Of a stretch of DNA of 64,000 nucleotides, positions 39,043 to 51,064 are shown piece by piece. Below the pieces are notes generated by a model that saw nothing but the letters and a program-made list of their open reading frames with translations, made no database searches and was not told the origin of the DNA. The stretch lies in assembly GCF_018350175.1 (NCBI RefSeq), contig NC_058368.1, positions 210,120,001 to 210,184,000 of the forward strand. Direction: 5' to 3'. Both the position numbers and the translations under genes were made by a program. Numbering within the stretch: the stretch's first letter is position 1; each line of letters starts with the position of its first letter. The DNA comes from Felis catus. Lineage: Eukaryota.

Positions 39043-39256
39043 TTTTTTTTTTTTTAATGTTTATTTACTTTTGAGATGGAGGGAGACAGTGTGTGAGTGG
39101 GGATGGGCAGAAAGAGAGGGAGACACAGAATCTGAAGCAGGCTCCAGGCTCCAAGCTGTCAGTACAGGGCCCGATGCAGGGCTTGAATTCATGAACGGTG
39201 AGATCATGACCTGAGCCAAAGTTGGATGCCCAATGAACTGAGCCACCCAGGCACCG
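39043..39256 (-). mobile_element. Can-SINE
   Basis: TSD actacccaac. Confidence 0.95.
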
Positions 39257-39807
39257 CAACTACCCAACCTTTTTAAGGCTCGAGGCAAATGGAGGTCCAC
39301 ATATCTTAAGTCCATATATTTAAAAGTTATAAATCAGATCAATAAATTGCTAAATGAAATACGTTCTATCCTCCTAACTTGAAATATATACTTTGTAAGG
39401 ACACATCAGAAAAATATATATAAAGCTGAGAGTTAGCAAAATATCACTTGACTACAACTGAGTTTAATTTGTATTGCACACGCCAGAGCATCCTCTTGAT
39501 GGGATGGCAACGTTTGGATGAGTAATAGTTCAGAAATTAGTATATATTGGTTTCCTGGAATCCAAATTTTTGGCCATCATTTCAAGTAAAGTCACTAATT
39601 ATGGTGATATAATCAAAATTTTCACATATAACTTGTTTTCTTGTGTTCACTAATGAACACATGGATTAAAAAGTAAAATGTAACTATATCCAAACTATAA
39701 AATTTGGGTAAGGTTTTAAGAAAATTTAAAGTAAGTGTAAACAAATAAAATTGTTTTGCCTAGATTGTTAAGTAAGTAAGATTTCTTCTAAAATATTTAA
39801 AATCATT

Positions 39808-40010
39808 GGGACGCCTGGGTGGCTCAGTGGGTTAGGCATCCAACTCTTGGTTTCGGCTCAGGTCATGATCTCGCGGTTTGTGTGTTTGAGCCCCACATAG
39901 GCTCCATGCTGACAGTGCAGAGCCTGCTTGGGATTCCCTCCCTCCCTCTCTCTCTGCCCCTCCCCCGCTCACTCTCTCTGTCTCTCTCGCAAAAATAAGT
40001 CAACTTAAAC
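39808..40010 (+). mobile_element. Can-SINE (older subfamily)
   Basis: Full body; tail interrupted by an antisense SINE. Confidence 0.95.
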
Positions 40011-40018
40011 AATTTTTT

Positions 40019-40236
40019 TTTAAATTTTTTTTTCAACGTTTATTTATTTTTGGGACAGAGAGAGACAGAGCATGAACGGGCGAGGGGCAGAGAGAGAGGG
40101 AGACACAGAATCGGAAACAGGCTCCAGGCTCTGAGCCATCAGCCCAGAGCCTGACGCGGGGCTCGAACTCAGGGACCGCGAGATCGTGACCCGGCTGAAG
40201 TCGGACGCTTAACCGACTGCGCCACCCAGGCGCCCC
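40019..40236 (-). mobile_element. Young felid Can-SINE (SINEC_Fc-type)
   Basis: TSD ttaaacaatttttt at 40005-40018 and 40237-40250. Confidence 0.97.
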
Positions 40237-40567
40237 TTAAACAATTTTTTAATACTTAAAATTATCTATTAAGATTAAAAGGCAAACTACACAGTACAAT
40301 GAATATCAATTCATTTTTTCACAAAATGTGATATCAAAGTGATTCATCGACACTATAAATTTCAAAATTTTAATTCTTAGTAAATATTTTTATAGAAACA
40401 GAACTATTTGTAATTCTAGCATTGAATGCCCATGAAATTGCCAATATAAAGGAAAGTGATTGCGCTTCATGCCTGTTACACTAGACCTACACTATACATG
40501 CACGTAAGGATAATATGAATAATACTGTAGCTAATTCTCAGATACCAGGTTAACTGTTGAAAATCGT

Positions 40568-40644
40568 GAGCACTGGGTAGTGTATGGAAACCAATTTGAC
40601 AATAATTATATAAAAAATAATAATAAAAATAAAATAAATAAAAA
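40568..40644 (+). mobile_element. Very short felid L1 3' tail
   Basis: gagcactgggtagtgtatggaaaccaatttgacaataa plus A-rich tail; matches the reverse complement of ~35365-35410. Confidence 0.88.
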
Positions 40645-40760
40645 TGGGATGCTTAAAAATAAATAAATAAGCCAGTTATATCTCTTTGGTTTTTCTGGGT
40701 AATTGTGACTTAATTAAATGTAGTATTTTCAGGAAACGTGATCCATTTACTGTATATGCC

Positions 40761-40793
<33 letters not shown>

Positions 40794-41784
40794 TTATTTT
40801 ATTTTTCATTCAAAAAAAAAGAAAAGAGTGGGCAAATTCATGAGCACCTCTGCAAGTACAAAAAATAAAATAAAGAGAACAAAGAAAACGGACAGTTGGC
40901 ACCATAAGGGAATTGCTATTTCATTATAAAAGACACTTCTGAATTCACACTATTTGAGAGGAAGGATTTACAAGTTAATTAATTTGGTTTTTTCCTCCCC
41001 AAAGTGTTGTCACCAAATGCATGGCTGAAATCCTCCCCGTGCTCCCAAGCAGCATCGACACAAGCGCAGTCCACAAAACTCTGGGCTTTGGACACAATTG
41101 CCTTTTGTTTAGGATCTAAGGGAGTGGAGAAGCTTTCCTTGGGGCCTGAATAGTGTCAGTCGGAGAGCAAATATTTAGGGTTTTACGTTGGTCTGTGCCA
41201 CCTCTGACCTTGGATCCTGAGTGGCAGCATGTATTCTTCAGCAAACGCACTTGGTGATCAGCAGAGCCCTGTAAAGATCGGGTCCAGGACAGGGGTCCCT
41301 CTTGCCGAGACTAAGCGTGGTCCTGGAACCTTTGCTTCCTGTGTGTCTGGGCAAAGAAGATTTGCGGAGCCAGCTGACCTGTGCTTCCAACCATCTTATT
41401 GGACCTCTGGGGCCCTGGGAAGCTTAGACTCCTTATTAGAACCGTCTTGGCTCTGTGGAACACTGGGGGGTAATTTGTGGCCATTCCCGGCTTGTTCTGC
41501 CCTCTTTCTGATCCCACTGCTTGTGTCCAAAGCCCGCTGGTGTCTTCTGCCGGTGCCCTGGCAGCTCTGGACGTGCCCACGGGTTCTGCTGGTACCAGTC
41601 TCTATGTTCAGATGTATCCCTGAACTTTACAGGCTATTCTCTGGGGATCCTCTTTATAGGAAACCATGGCAAGCGCTCCCCTTTCTCAAGAGTTTGAGGA
41701 TGTGGAAAGAACAAGGCTTCCAACTCTAACACTCCAAGATCTCTTTAAGAAGTCTCCCCAGTCTTTCTCTTGTATCACTCTGCA

Positions 41785-41803
41785 CACCACCCTCTAGCGG
41801 CGG
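41785..41803 (-). promoter_or_regulatory. CTCF-like motif
   Basis: Reverse complement ccgccgctagagggtggtg resembles the CTCF core; non-repetitive context. Confidence 0.45.
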
Positions 41804-43319
41804 AGTGAGGCATCTAGTTCACTTCTGAGTCACTCCATTGTTTTTGTCTCACGCCTGACTGGTCTTCACTGAGCCTACACATCTGTCCTTGAGTCCGGTC
41901 TCTGACCCAGGAAGGAGTTCATAGCAAGGGGAAGAAAGTAAGACGTGTAGATTGCCATTTTGAAATCATCCCAGGACTGTTCACCAGCTGGCTGTGGTGA
42001 ACTAGGCTTTATGCCACATTGCAAGTTGGAGGACATCATTTTTTCATGACTTTAATGACTTCTTTTTGCCCGCGGGTATAACATCAGGTTGACTCCAGGC
42101 TGTGAACCTGGAGTTCACAAAGACTTTCAGAAATCTCTGCCGTGTACTGCTAGACAATTCAGGTATCTTAATTTTCTGTCAGTCTTAGTGTCTTTAAACT
42201 ACAAAATGCTTGCCTCCTTTTAAACTCAAAATGAAGTTTATAAAGTTTGTTTCAAATGAGCTTCAAAGAGGGAAAACCAAGTATTTTTATAAAATAATTT
42301 TTAGACAGCTCCCACTTACATACTTAACTCTATTTCACAATACTAATTCCCTTAAATGAAATATTATTTCTTATACCAAGCACAGCTGGCCCTCTGAAAT
42401 GCATTGTAGATAATTCCACTTGGTATCTGCTATGTTTGTAATTTACTGGGTCTGCCAAATGCTGACAAAATAAATCATGTTAGCTGACTCCCAGTGGGGT
42501 GCTCTTCTTCAGTTCAGACTGGGCAGCTATCTCCATCTTTCCATCATATCTAGTTAACATCTTCTGTGCTTTGTGCATTTGTAAACAGTATTTTATTTAG
42601 AACTTTATAAATCATAAGAATGATGTAATTTTAAACATTGCAGTTCACAACCCATAATAACAGAGTCGGGAAAAAGAGAAAGAAAAATATCTGTTTTTGT
42701 TTGTTTGTTGGCTTGTTGGTTTGTTTATTGGTTTGTGTTTTGGGGGTTTTTTGAGGGCGAGAGTGGAGAAGGTTTCTAATGAAGCTCTCGCATGCATCTG
42801 GAAAATTCTTACAGCTGAAAGGTTGGCTGTTTCTCAGCCATGGAGCTGAAAAAGGTTTCCTTGCACTGAGAGAAAATGGCAAGGCGAGGAAAGTCAAGGA
42901 AGAATGAAACCCTACTTCTTTTGTGTTTGATGTTATGCAGGTTTTAAAAACATGTTACAAAGAAAGATCCTGCCAGGAGTTCTGGGATCTTATGTTGATA
43001 TAAATTTTAGCAATATGGCTCAGATGAGACCTTGAGAGTGATTTCATGAATTCGTTCTTCCAAAGAAACTCATTGCCACCTAGGGTGTGCCAGGCTCTGT
43101 GCTCCATTCTTGGGACCCAAAGTTGAACTAGACATGTTCCCTGTCCACAGAACGTCTTGATGTTCTCTTGTTGAGACCCCTGCATTCCACAGGCCTCAAA
43201 TTAGGTAACTCAAATTTATCAATTTGTCCAAGAATGGTCATTCTATAGAGAGTTGACTCATCCTAAACAAACCAGAACAGTATGTATATATTCATGGTAA
43301 GAAATATATATATTCTAGT

Positions 43320-43570
43320 CAGTACTTGCCATGTATAAAAAGATGCTGACATCTAAACATCTAATTGGCTTGTGCCCAGCATTGAGCTAGGTACAGTTAT
43401 CTCATTTAATGCAAACTGCATATTAATCATATAAGATCGGTGTTATTGTACTCATTTTGTGTGATGCAGAACTGGAAGCTAGAAGATGGGAAGTTGCTCA
43501 AGGTCATACAGTTAGCACAGGGTGAAGCCCAGATTCCAGCAGGCCTGCCTGATTTCAGAGACCTTCCAAT
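43320..43570 (-). mobile_element. MIR SINE
   Basis: tatctcatttaat...cattttgtgtgatgcagaactggaagctaga...gttgctcaaggtcatacagttag. Confidence 0.75.
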
Positions 43571-43701
43571 GTTATGATCTTGATCTCATTTAATGGTATA
43601 AAAGCCTATCTTTGGTTCTTAGGTCAGTAGCACTTTATTCTTTCTATTTATTATGGATGTCAATCACTTAATGAATCTATGTTTCCCAAATAAATATTTT
43701 T

Positions 43702-43915
43702 TTATTTTTTTTAACGTTTATTTATTTTTGAGACAGAGAGAGACAGAGCATGAATGGGGGAGGGTCAGAGAGAGAGGGAGACACAGAATCCGAAACAGGC
43801 TCCAGGCTCTGAGCTGTCAGCACAGAGCCCGACGCGGGGCTCGAACTCACGGACCGCGAGATCATGACCTGAGCCGAAGTCGGATGCTTAACCGACTGAG
43901 CCACCCAGGCACCCC
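43702..43915 (-). mobile_element. Can-SINE
   Basis: TSD ccaaataaatattttt. Confidence 0.97.
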
Positions 43916-44695
43916 CCAAATAAATATTTTTAAAAATTGGCTGCAATGTTTTCCATTTTGTTTCTTAACCATGAATGGAGAAGAAATTTTCCCAGTTTGG
44001 GGAACCATCTGCTAGGATCTAAACATGACACAAGTTGATTATTTCATCATGGTCTCAATGAGAAAAAAGAAAGAAACCGTAACACTTCTCTTTCTTCCCT
44101 TCCTCCATCTTTCCCTCTCTTTTTTCTTATCATCTCCTTTCCTTTCTGCCCTTTATTCCTATTTAAAAGTACCATATATTCAGCCCAATTCACTCATATC
44201 TTAGTGGGAAGAAACATATGTGTATGGAGAATTATCAGGAAATATGCATTATACAATAAGAGAAATATAGCCAAAATATAGGTCCAGCCCAGAAGAGAGT
44301 ATGGTTAACTCTATCCTGAAGACGGTGGGGCCACAGAATCTTTCACCCAGAAGATGCTTGATGTTGATGCTTGAAAAATGAAGAGGCAAGAGGAAGAGCA
44401 GCTCAGGGAGAGAGCACAGAGTATGAAAAGCCCTGATGTGTCTTTGTTGGCTACAGATTCCTGTACCAGTGACTACTCAGTGCAATATTAAGAAGAGGAA
44501 GGGAGATGCAGAAAGGTGGAGCCGAGCAAGTATTGTGTTGATATTGGCAAAGTGTGGTTTCCAAAGGCAAGTGTCCTGCTGCTCCGAGCATTGTTAGAGT
44601 TGAAGGTGAGGCAGCTGCAGGGATGGCACCGAGCCAGTCAGTGTTGATGGAATGACTTCTCTCTCTCCTGGAAATTATGATACTAAATACTTCAT

Positions 44696-44910
44696 TTTTT
44701 TTTAATGTTTATTTTTTTTTTGACAGAGAGAAAGAGAGAGTGTGTGTGCATGTGCAACTGGGGAAGGGACAGAGAGAGAGGGAGACAGAGGATCTGAAGG
44801 GGGCTCTGTGCTGACAGCAGAGAGCCCGATGTGGGGGCTCCAACTCATGAACCACAAGATCATGACCGGAGCTGAAGTCAGATGCTGAACCGACTGAGCC
44901 ACCCAGGAGG
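44696..44910 (-). mobile_element. Can-SINE
   Basis: Body ending gagccacccaggagg. Confidence 0.93.
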
Positions 44911-45680
44911 TTTTTCTCAGTACTTTTCCTGTTTGTTGTAAAAGCCATGTGACATGATACAAATTATTTTCTTGGAAATCTTTAATGCAAGGAGAGTGGG
45001 GTCTATGTGATGATTTAGACCAACCCGTAATGACAGGGATGAGGCCCACCTCTCCTGAAGCACATAGCTGCACAATGTCAGAGTTCTGTCAACATCAAGG
45101 AGGGAGGAAACCGCTGCTGGGCAGGCATTCAACTATGTCTGCTACAGAGCGAATGAAAAATGAAAGGACAAGGTGATTGACTTTGCAGTTAAGTACAGAT
45201 ACTTAATGGGTACTCCTGTACTAATGAAGAAGGAGCATTGCATATTTTCTCTCTTTGTTAGTACCATCCACATCATTATAGGTCATGTATAATGGTCTGT
45301 AGAGAAGTTTTGTTAGTTTTTGTTTTGTTTTGTCACATCTTTATCATTTTCAAAACAGTGCTTTATAAAAGTGCTTTGAAATATCTATCCATCATCTGCA
45401 AGGTGCAGGAGATTTTAAATTGGCCTTGATTCATTCGATATCGGAATACGTATAGAAGGCAAGGGATTTGTTTTCTTGTGAAAGTAGTCTTTTCTAAAAT
45501 CAAAGATGGTAAATGAAAATGTTTCTTCTGGAACAACAAAATAGAAGCCACCAGAGATCCTGGATGATCTCAGGGAAAGCCACCTACCTAGACTGGACCT
45601 CTTGATCATCACTGGACTATTATAAAAGAAAAAATTCTATCTTCTTTGAGGCACTGCATTTTAGAGTCTATTTATTATTA

Positions 45681-45898
45681 TTTAAAAATTTTTTTTAATT
45701 TTTTTTTTTTTTTGAGAGACAGAGAGACAGAGCACAAGTGAGGGAGGGGCAGAGAGAGAGTAGGAGACGCGGAATCCAAAGCAGGCTCCAGGTCTGAGCT
45801 GTCAGCACAGAGCACGACGTGGGGCTCGAACTCACAAACCGTGAGATCATGACCTGAGCCGAAGTCAGAGGTTTAACTGACTGAGCCACCCAGGCGCC
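45681..45898 (-). mobile_element. Can-SINE inside an MLT1-like LTR relic (~45540-45940)
   Basis: TSD ttagag(t/g)cta(t/g)ttatta. Confidence 0.95.
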
Positions 45899-46646
45899 TT
45901 AGAGGCTAGTTATTACAACAGTCTATCCTAACTAACACACTCGTTACCTTTTTTGAAGAGGGACCAAATCTTCCAGTTTTGTCACAAGAACCTGAAATTT
46001 AGAATTTTGTATAAAATCTACAGGTCTCTCTTTTTTATTAAAGGTTGCTTGTTAATTCAATATTATTTGAAGCCCCGTTTAGGGAAAAACCACATGTCCA
46101 CACATCACCACTGCCTCTTTGGCATGGCTTCTTGCCTCCAACACTTCTTGGCTTTATGACTGGTTGCTTGTGTGTTTTGACTCTACCACAGATGCAACAA
46201 TATTTGCAGGGAGGCAGAGAGGGGATCCCTGGCCAATATTTGAAAAGAGAGGATGAATGGTAGGTTGTGGACTCTCTATGTCCCTTATTTGGTACTTTAT
46301 AAAGAAATTAATTTATTAGGTGAAAGTACTACAGAACATCCAGCTCCTCAAATCAAGGATGTAGTAGTAGATGATGGCAAATGGAAGGACAGCCTACAGC
46401 GGACTGCCGAGGGGATTAGATGGGTTAACATGTGTAAGGACTTAAAATAGTGCTGGAAAACAGTAAACACACACTTAACGCTGGGTGTTAGTGTTATGCA
46501 ACTTGCCCAAGGTCACAGCTAGTCAGCTGAGGAGTACATGGACCTCCTAAACAGGCTTTTCATGTTTCAACTTGTTCAAAATTTTTTGTCATTTTGCTCT
46601 ATGTTCTCTAAATTTCTGTTACTTTATCTTCTATATGACTAATTCT

Positions 46647-46868
46647 TTTTTTTTTAATTTTTTTTCAATGTTTATTTATTTTTGGGACAGAGAGAGACAG
46701 AGCATGAACGAGGGAGGGGCAGAGAGAGAGGGAGTCACAGAATCGGAAACAGGCTCCAGGCTCCGAGCCATCGGCCCAGAGCCTGACGCGGGGCTCGAAC
46801 TCACGGACCTCGAGATCGTGACCTGGCTGAAGTCGTGCGCTTAACCGACTGCGCCACCCAGGCGCCCC
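46647..46868 (-). mobile_element. Young felid Can-SINE (SINEC_Fc-type)
   Basis: TSD tatatgactaattct at 46632-46646 and 46869-46883. Confidence 0.97.
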
Positions 46869-48431
46869 TATATGACTAATTCTATCTTTAATCAGGTTCA
46901 TTATTTAGTTCACTTTTTAATTGAGGTGTGGGGTTTTTGGACAATCATATTTTTAATTACCAAGAATTTTTCCAGTGTCCTGGAAACTCAGTTTGTGATG
47001 GCAACCTGTTCATATATTATGGACGTAATATCCTTTCTGTTCTAAGGACACTAACAAATTATTTTTTTTTAAGTTCTCTTTCATTTCCTGCATTATTTCT
47101 ATTTCGTTTTTCCAAGGTCATCTATTCTGTTTGCTCATCTGGTCCTTTTCCTTACTTGTATTGGTTTTCCTCAAATATCTAATGATCTTACATGGGTCAT
47201 TCACATTTATGAGTGAAGGTTTAGGTTGACTTGTATGGAGACTTAGCATGATTTTCCTCTGTAGGTGTGTGAGTCTTTTTTCCCCAGCAGACTTCTCCTG
47301 GGGGTTGACTGCATGCTTTGTATAAGTGCCCTGGTTGTATTGACAGTCTTTTGGGTTCATGGATATAAAGCAGACAGGCAGCCTGAAGATATTCTCCAGT
47401 TACCACAAAGGAGGACTTTGGCTATGGAAGGCTTCAGTACATTTCTTTCCAGTCTCTTTCTGGGTGGAAGGGGAAAGGGGGCGGTCTTAGGTTACTTTCA
47501 GCTCTACTTCTCTTTCTGGGCCCTGTTGAGAAGACTTTTCCAAGCAGATAACCTACATTCTTAAATTATCAGGATTTATCCTGTGGATAAACATTACTCT
47601 TCCACATGCAGTTTTCTCGTTAATACATGCTCATTATCCGTGTTACTCATCTTTATTGATGCCAAATTTCTCTTACTATGGTTTATTCCACTCTATTGTT
47701 CAGATTCCACCCCCCCCTTTTTAAATCTTCTTAGAAGTCCTCATAATTTTTCATCCAACGATGGCATGTACATAAAGGTGACACTTTAATGAGCATCACC
47801 TATATTTTTTACTTACCCCTTTGTATGACTTTTCATATTTTCTGAATGGATTTTGAAGTGTGTGCTCAGCTTGTTATTTTAATTAGTCTTTTTTTGTAAG
47901 TAAGTTTAAAAGTTCCTTTCTCTATTGTCTTCTTTAAATGTTTTTTAGGATTGATTATCTACATGGGCTTACTTTGGAAAGCTGACAGTGAAGAAGTGTA
48001 TGTTTGCTGACAGCTGATGTATGTAATATACAAGAAAACATACCAGGAGTTTTATTTAATTGTACCAATTGTACTTAAGTCTAGGTAGACTGCAGAGTTA
48101 CTGGGAGAGCTTCAAGCTCCTCTGCATTGAGAAACAATTTAAAAGATCAGAAGTAGAAGGTTGATTCTTTCTTGATTTACCCAACTGGACCCCTGAGACA
48201 ATGAGCAGGATCCTGTATTCTGACCCTTCCATCTTCTTCAACCTCAGTCGCTTTGGGTCCTCACTGTGCAACAAAGGAGTGGCTTTGGTGGCCCTGGTTC
48301 TGACACAACTGTTCAGGGAGTCCCCACCCTACAGCTCACTAGGTGCTGTTGTTATTTGAAGCTACATATCAATGTCTGAGCTACAAAACCTGATCCTCAC
48401 ATGCCATTCATGAATGCCAGAGAGATAAGGA

Positions 48432-48466
48432 GTGTGTGTGTGCGTGTGTGTGTGTGTGTGTGTGTG
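48432..48466. repeat. (GT)n microsatellite
   Basis: Seen directly. Confidence 0.9.
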
Positions 48467-48641
48467 GTTTGGGAGGCAAGAAGTGGTTGTAGTCCAACAG
48501 TCAATATTTATTGACTATCATGAGCAGGCCTCTGAAGTCATATATGTGGGAATATAACGAGTTCCTAGATACCTTTTCTCCAATGCCCTGCCAAGGAGCT
48601 GAATTTATATTAAAACCTCTCCCATTCTTGAAAATACAACC

Positions 48642-49004
48642 TGTTCCGGACTGAATGTTTGTGTCCTCCCCAACCCCAAATTCAGATATTGAAATCGTAA
48701 CCTCCAATATGATGGTGCTAGGTGGAGCCTCTAGGAGGTAATTAGGTCATGAGGAAGGAATCCTCCTGAATGGAATTAGTGCCCTCATAAAAGGGACTCC
48801 AGAGAGGTCTCTCACCTTCTTCCCACTGTGTGAGGACACAGTGAGAAGTCAGCAGCCTGCAGGCCAGAAGAGAGCCCTCACCAGAACCCCACCATGCTGG
48901 TACCCTGATCTTGGACTTCCAGGCTCCAGAACTGTGAGAAATGAATTTCAGTTGTTTATAAGCCATCAGTTTATGATACTTTGTTACAGCAGCCCCATAA
49001 CACA
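48642..49004 (+). mobile_element. MLT1A-like MaLR solo LTR
   Basis: TG...CA ends; ctgaatgtttgtgtcc, gacttccaggctccagaactgtgagaaat; 5-bp TSD caacc at 48637-48641 and 49005-49009. Confidence 0.92.
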
Positions 49005-49292
49005 CAACCTAATTGCTTTTTTAATCGAAAGTTTAAAAATAAAATAGTAATAAAATTTTTTAAGTGGTGTAGAAGGGAACATCTGTACGGTTGAGAAGTA
49101 GTGAGTAAAATGACCATCTGGTCCTATTTAAAAATGGGTGTGGCATCTTCACGTAAGGCCCAGCCTTACGTGGCTCTCCTCTGCCACAGAGGTCTCTCTG
49201 AGCTTAATGATCATGCCCCTTTGTCAATAGCAGATGTTTCCGAGTGTAGCCCAATGTGGGTTTGTTTGTTTGCTCATGAATGGTATTCATGT

Positions 49293-49524
49293 GGGGCGCC
49301 TGGGTGGCGCAGTCAGTTAAGCGTCCGACTTCAGCCAGGTCACGATCTCGTGGTCCATGAGTTCGAGCCCCGCGTCGGGCTCTGGGCTGATGGCTCGGAG
49401 CCTGGAGCCTGTTTCCAATTCTGTGTCTCCCTCTCTCTCTGCCCCTCCCCCATTCATGCTCTGTCTCTCTCTGTCCCAAAAATAAATAAAAACGTTGACA
49501 AAAAAATTTTTAACCAAAAAAATA
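49293..49524 (+). mobile_element. Young felid Can-SINE (SINEC_Fc-type)
   Basis: TSD aatggtattcatgt at 49279-49292 and 49525-49538. Confidence 0.97.
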
Positions 49525-49837
49525 AATGGTATTCATGTGATGCTCCACAAATACAGTATGAATGTTAACATTTCCCATCTTTGTATATGTTTTATAATAT
49601 AGAGAGTAAAAAGTTAAATAGGAAAAGAAATGTGGAGAGCTTCTCTCCACGTCCTAATAAATCACATTGCCCATTCCTTGTATTCTTTCAATCAGGTTCA
49701 TTAGAAGTAACTATATTTAAAATTTTTAATCATGGAAATTAAAAAAATGTATATATATGTAGGACTATATAAATGAAGGAATAGTATGTCTCATGTGTTC
49801 ACTTAGTTTTAATAAATATCAATTTATGGCAAGTCTT

Positions 49838-50250
49838 TCTTATGGGCAGGGGGTGGGGAATTCCAATAGGCTTTTATTGAGATAAATTGACAAAAACCAA
49901 GATTTTATCAACCATTTTTTTCTGAACCTTATAGACTCAGCAGAGACTCTGGTCCATATATGTGTACACACAACATAATACATCTCAACGAAAACAGAGT
50001 CCCACTGGAACACTTGCCAATTAACAGAAAGCCAAATTTCCCTGTCCCCAAATGTTTTTAAAATTTTGAGTCCCCACTGTACACTTTTCAGTGGAACTGA
50101 TCCCTTATGGCTTAGGACATTGGGATTCTATTCCTATTTTTACTGAGCAAAAAATACATTTTTCAAATTTTAGCCCTATTTGAAGAAAGGGAAGTGACTT
50201 TGTTTTCTCCAGGCACCTCTCCCCTACAACCACTAGTTAAAATACAGTAG
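49838..50250 (-). pseudogene. Probable 5'-truncated processed retrocopy of an mRNA 3'UTR
   Basis: Perfect 17-bp direct repeat aatttatggcaagtctt at 49821-49837 and 50251-50267; minus-strand AATAAA at 49873-49878; splits an L1MC-like relic. Confidence 0.7.
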
Positions 50251-50604
50251 AATTTATGGCAAGTCTTATTTTGTCTATACCCTCCATATCTCCCTCACTC
50301 AAATTATTTTGAAGCAGATTCCAGACGTATATTATGGAATATAATGCATTATACTCAATTTAATTAACATAAAAGAAAATGAGTGAAAGGAGAAATAGAG
50401 AGAAGGAAAAAGAAGAATGGAAGGAAGGAACCAACAAACAAACTAATGGAAGAAGGAAGGTATGAAGGAGGTAGGGAGGGAAAAACATAGTTCGGTGATT
50501 ACTTTATTCCTGTGAATGTAAATTCATATCAAGTAACAAAAGTTTGGTCTGGTGCAAGTTAATTTGCTTTATTTTGGAAATGATCCCAGTTAATGAGTGT
50601 TTAC

Positions 50605-50759
50605 CTTCAAAGAGTTCAGTTCTGCTGCAAACCCATTGACCTCATGCCCATGTACTTCAAACATTTTTAGGTGGAATTCCGATTGTGTAGGATCATTTGA
50701 TCCTACCCAGATGGCGGACATTATGGAACCAGAACCACCGTACTCCAGTTTCCTTGCCA
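50605..50759 (-). other. Candidate internal exon, unassigned (155 nt, one open frame)
   Basis: Acceptor ttttattttgtttgttttaag, donor AAG/gtaaac; peptide ARKLEYGGSGSIMSAIWVGSNDPTQSEFHLKMFEVHGHEVNGFAAELNSLK not recognised. Confidence 0.2.
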
Positions 50760-51045
50760 CTTAAAACAAACAAAATAAAACTGCATTTTTCTGCCCTTTG
50801 GTTTTATTTTGTCTTGTTTTCACTTTGGCTATCAAGACAGAAAAAATGTACAGCTACAGAGATTAAATACCAGCACATAGCAACAATCACATTTCACCCG
50901 TAGGAGAATAATCAGGTAACGTTCCTACAACTTCAGACACAGACAAGCATTTCCTGAGCTCACTAATACAAGACCCCATTCTGAAGACATGGGTTTATTT
51001 TGTGCTGAGGCCAAGGCTATTTTGCTAACTGACCTTGGACTCTGC

Positions 51046-51064
51046 TGACCTCCAGAGGGAGCCC
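51046..51064 (+). promoter_or_regulatory. CTCF-like motif
   Basis: tgacctccagagggagccc compared with consensus TGGCCACCAGGGGGCGCTA. Confidence 0.45.

Noticed and set aside
41229..41729. 166-aa ORF in unique sequence
   Set aside because: No recognisable domain, odd Trp/Cys/Leu/Pro composition, no exon support
50904..50915. Possible 12-nt microexon tag/GAGAATAATCAG/gtaacg
   Set aside because: Weak polypyrimidine tract and no host gene identified
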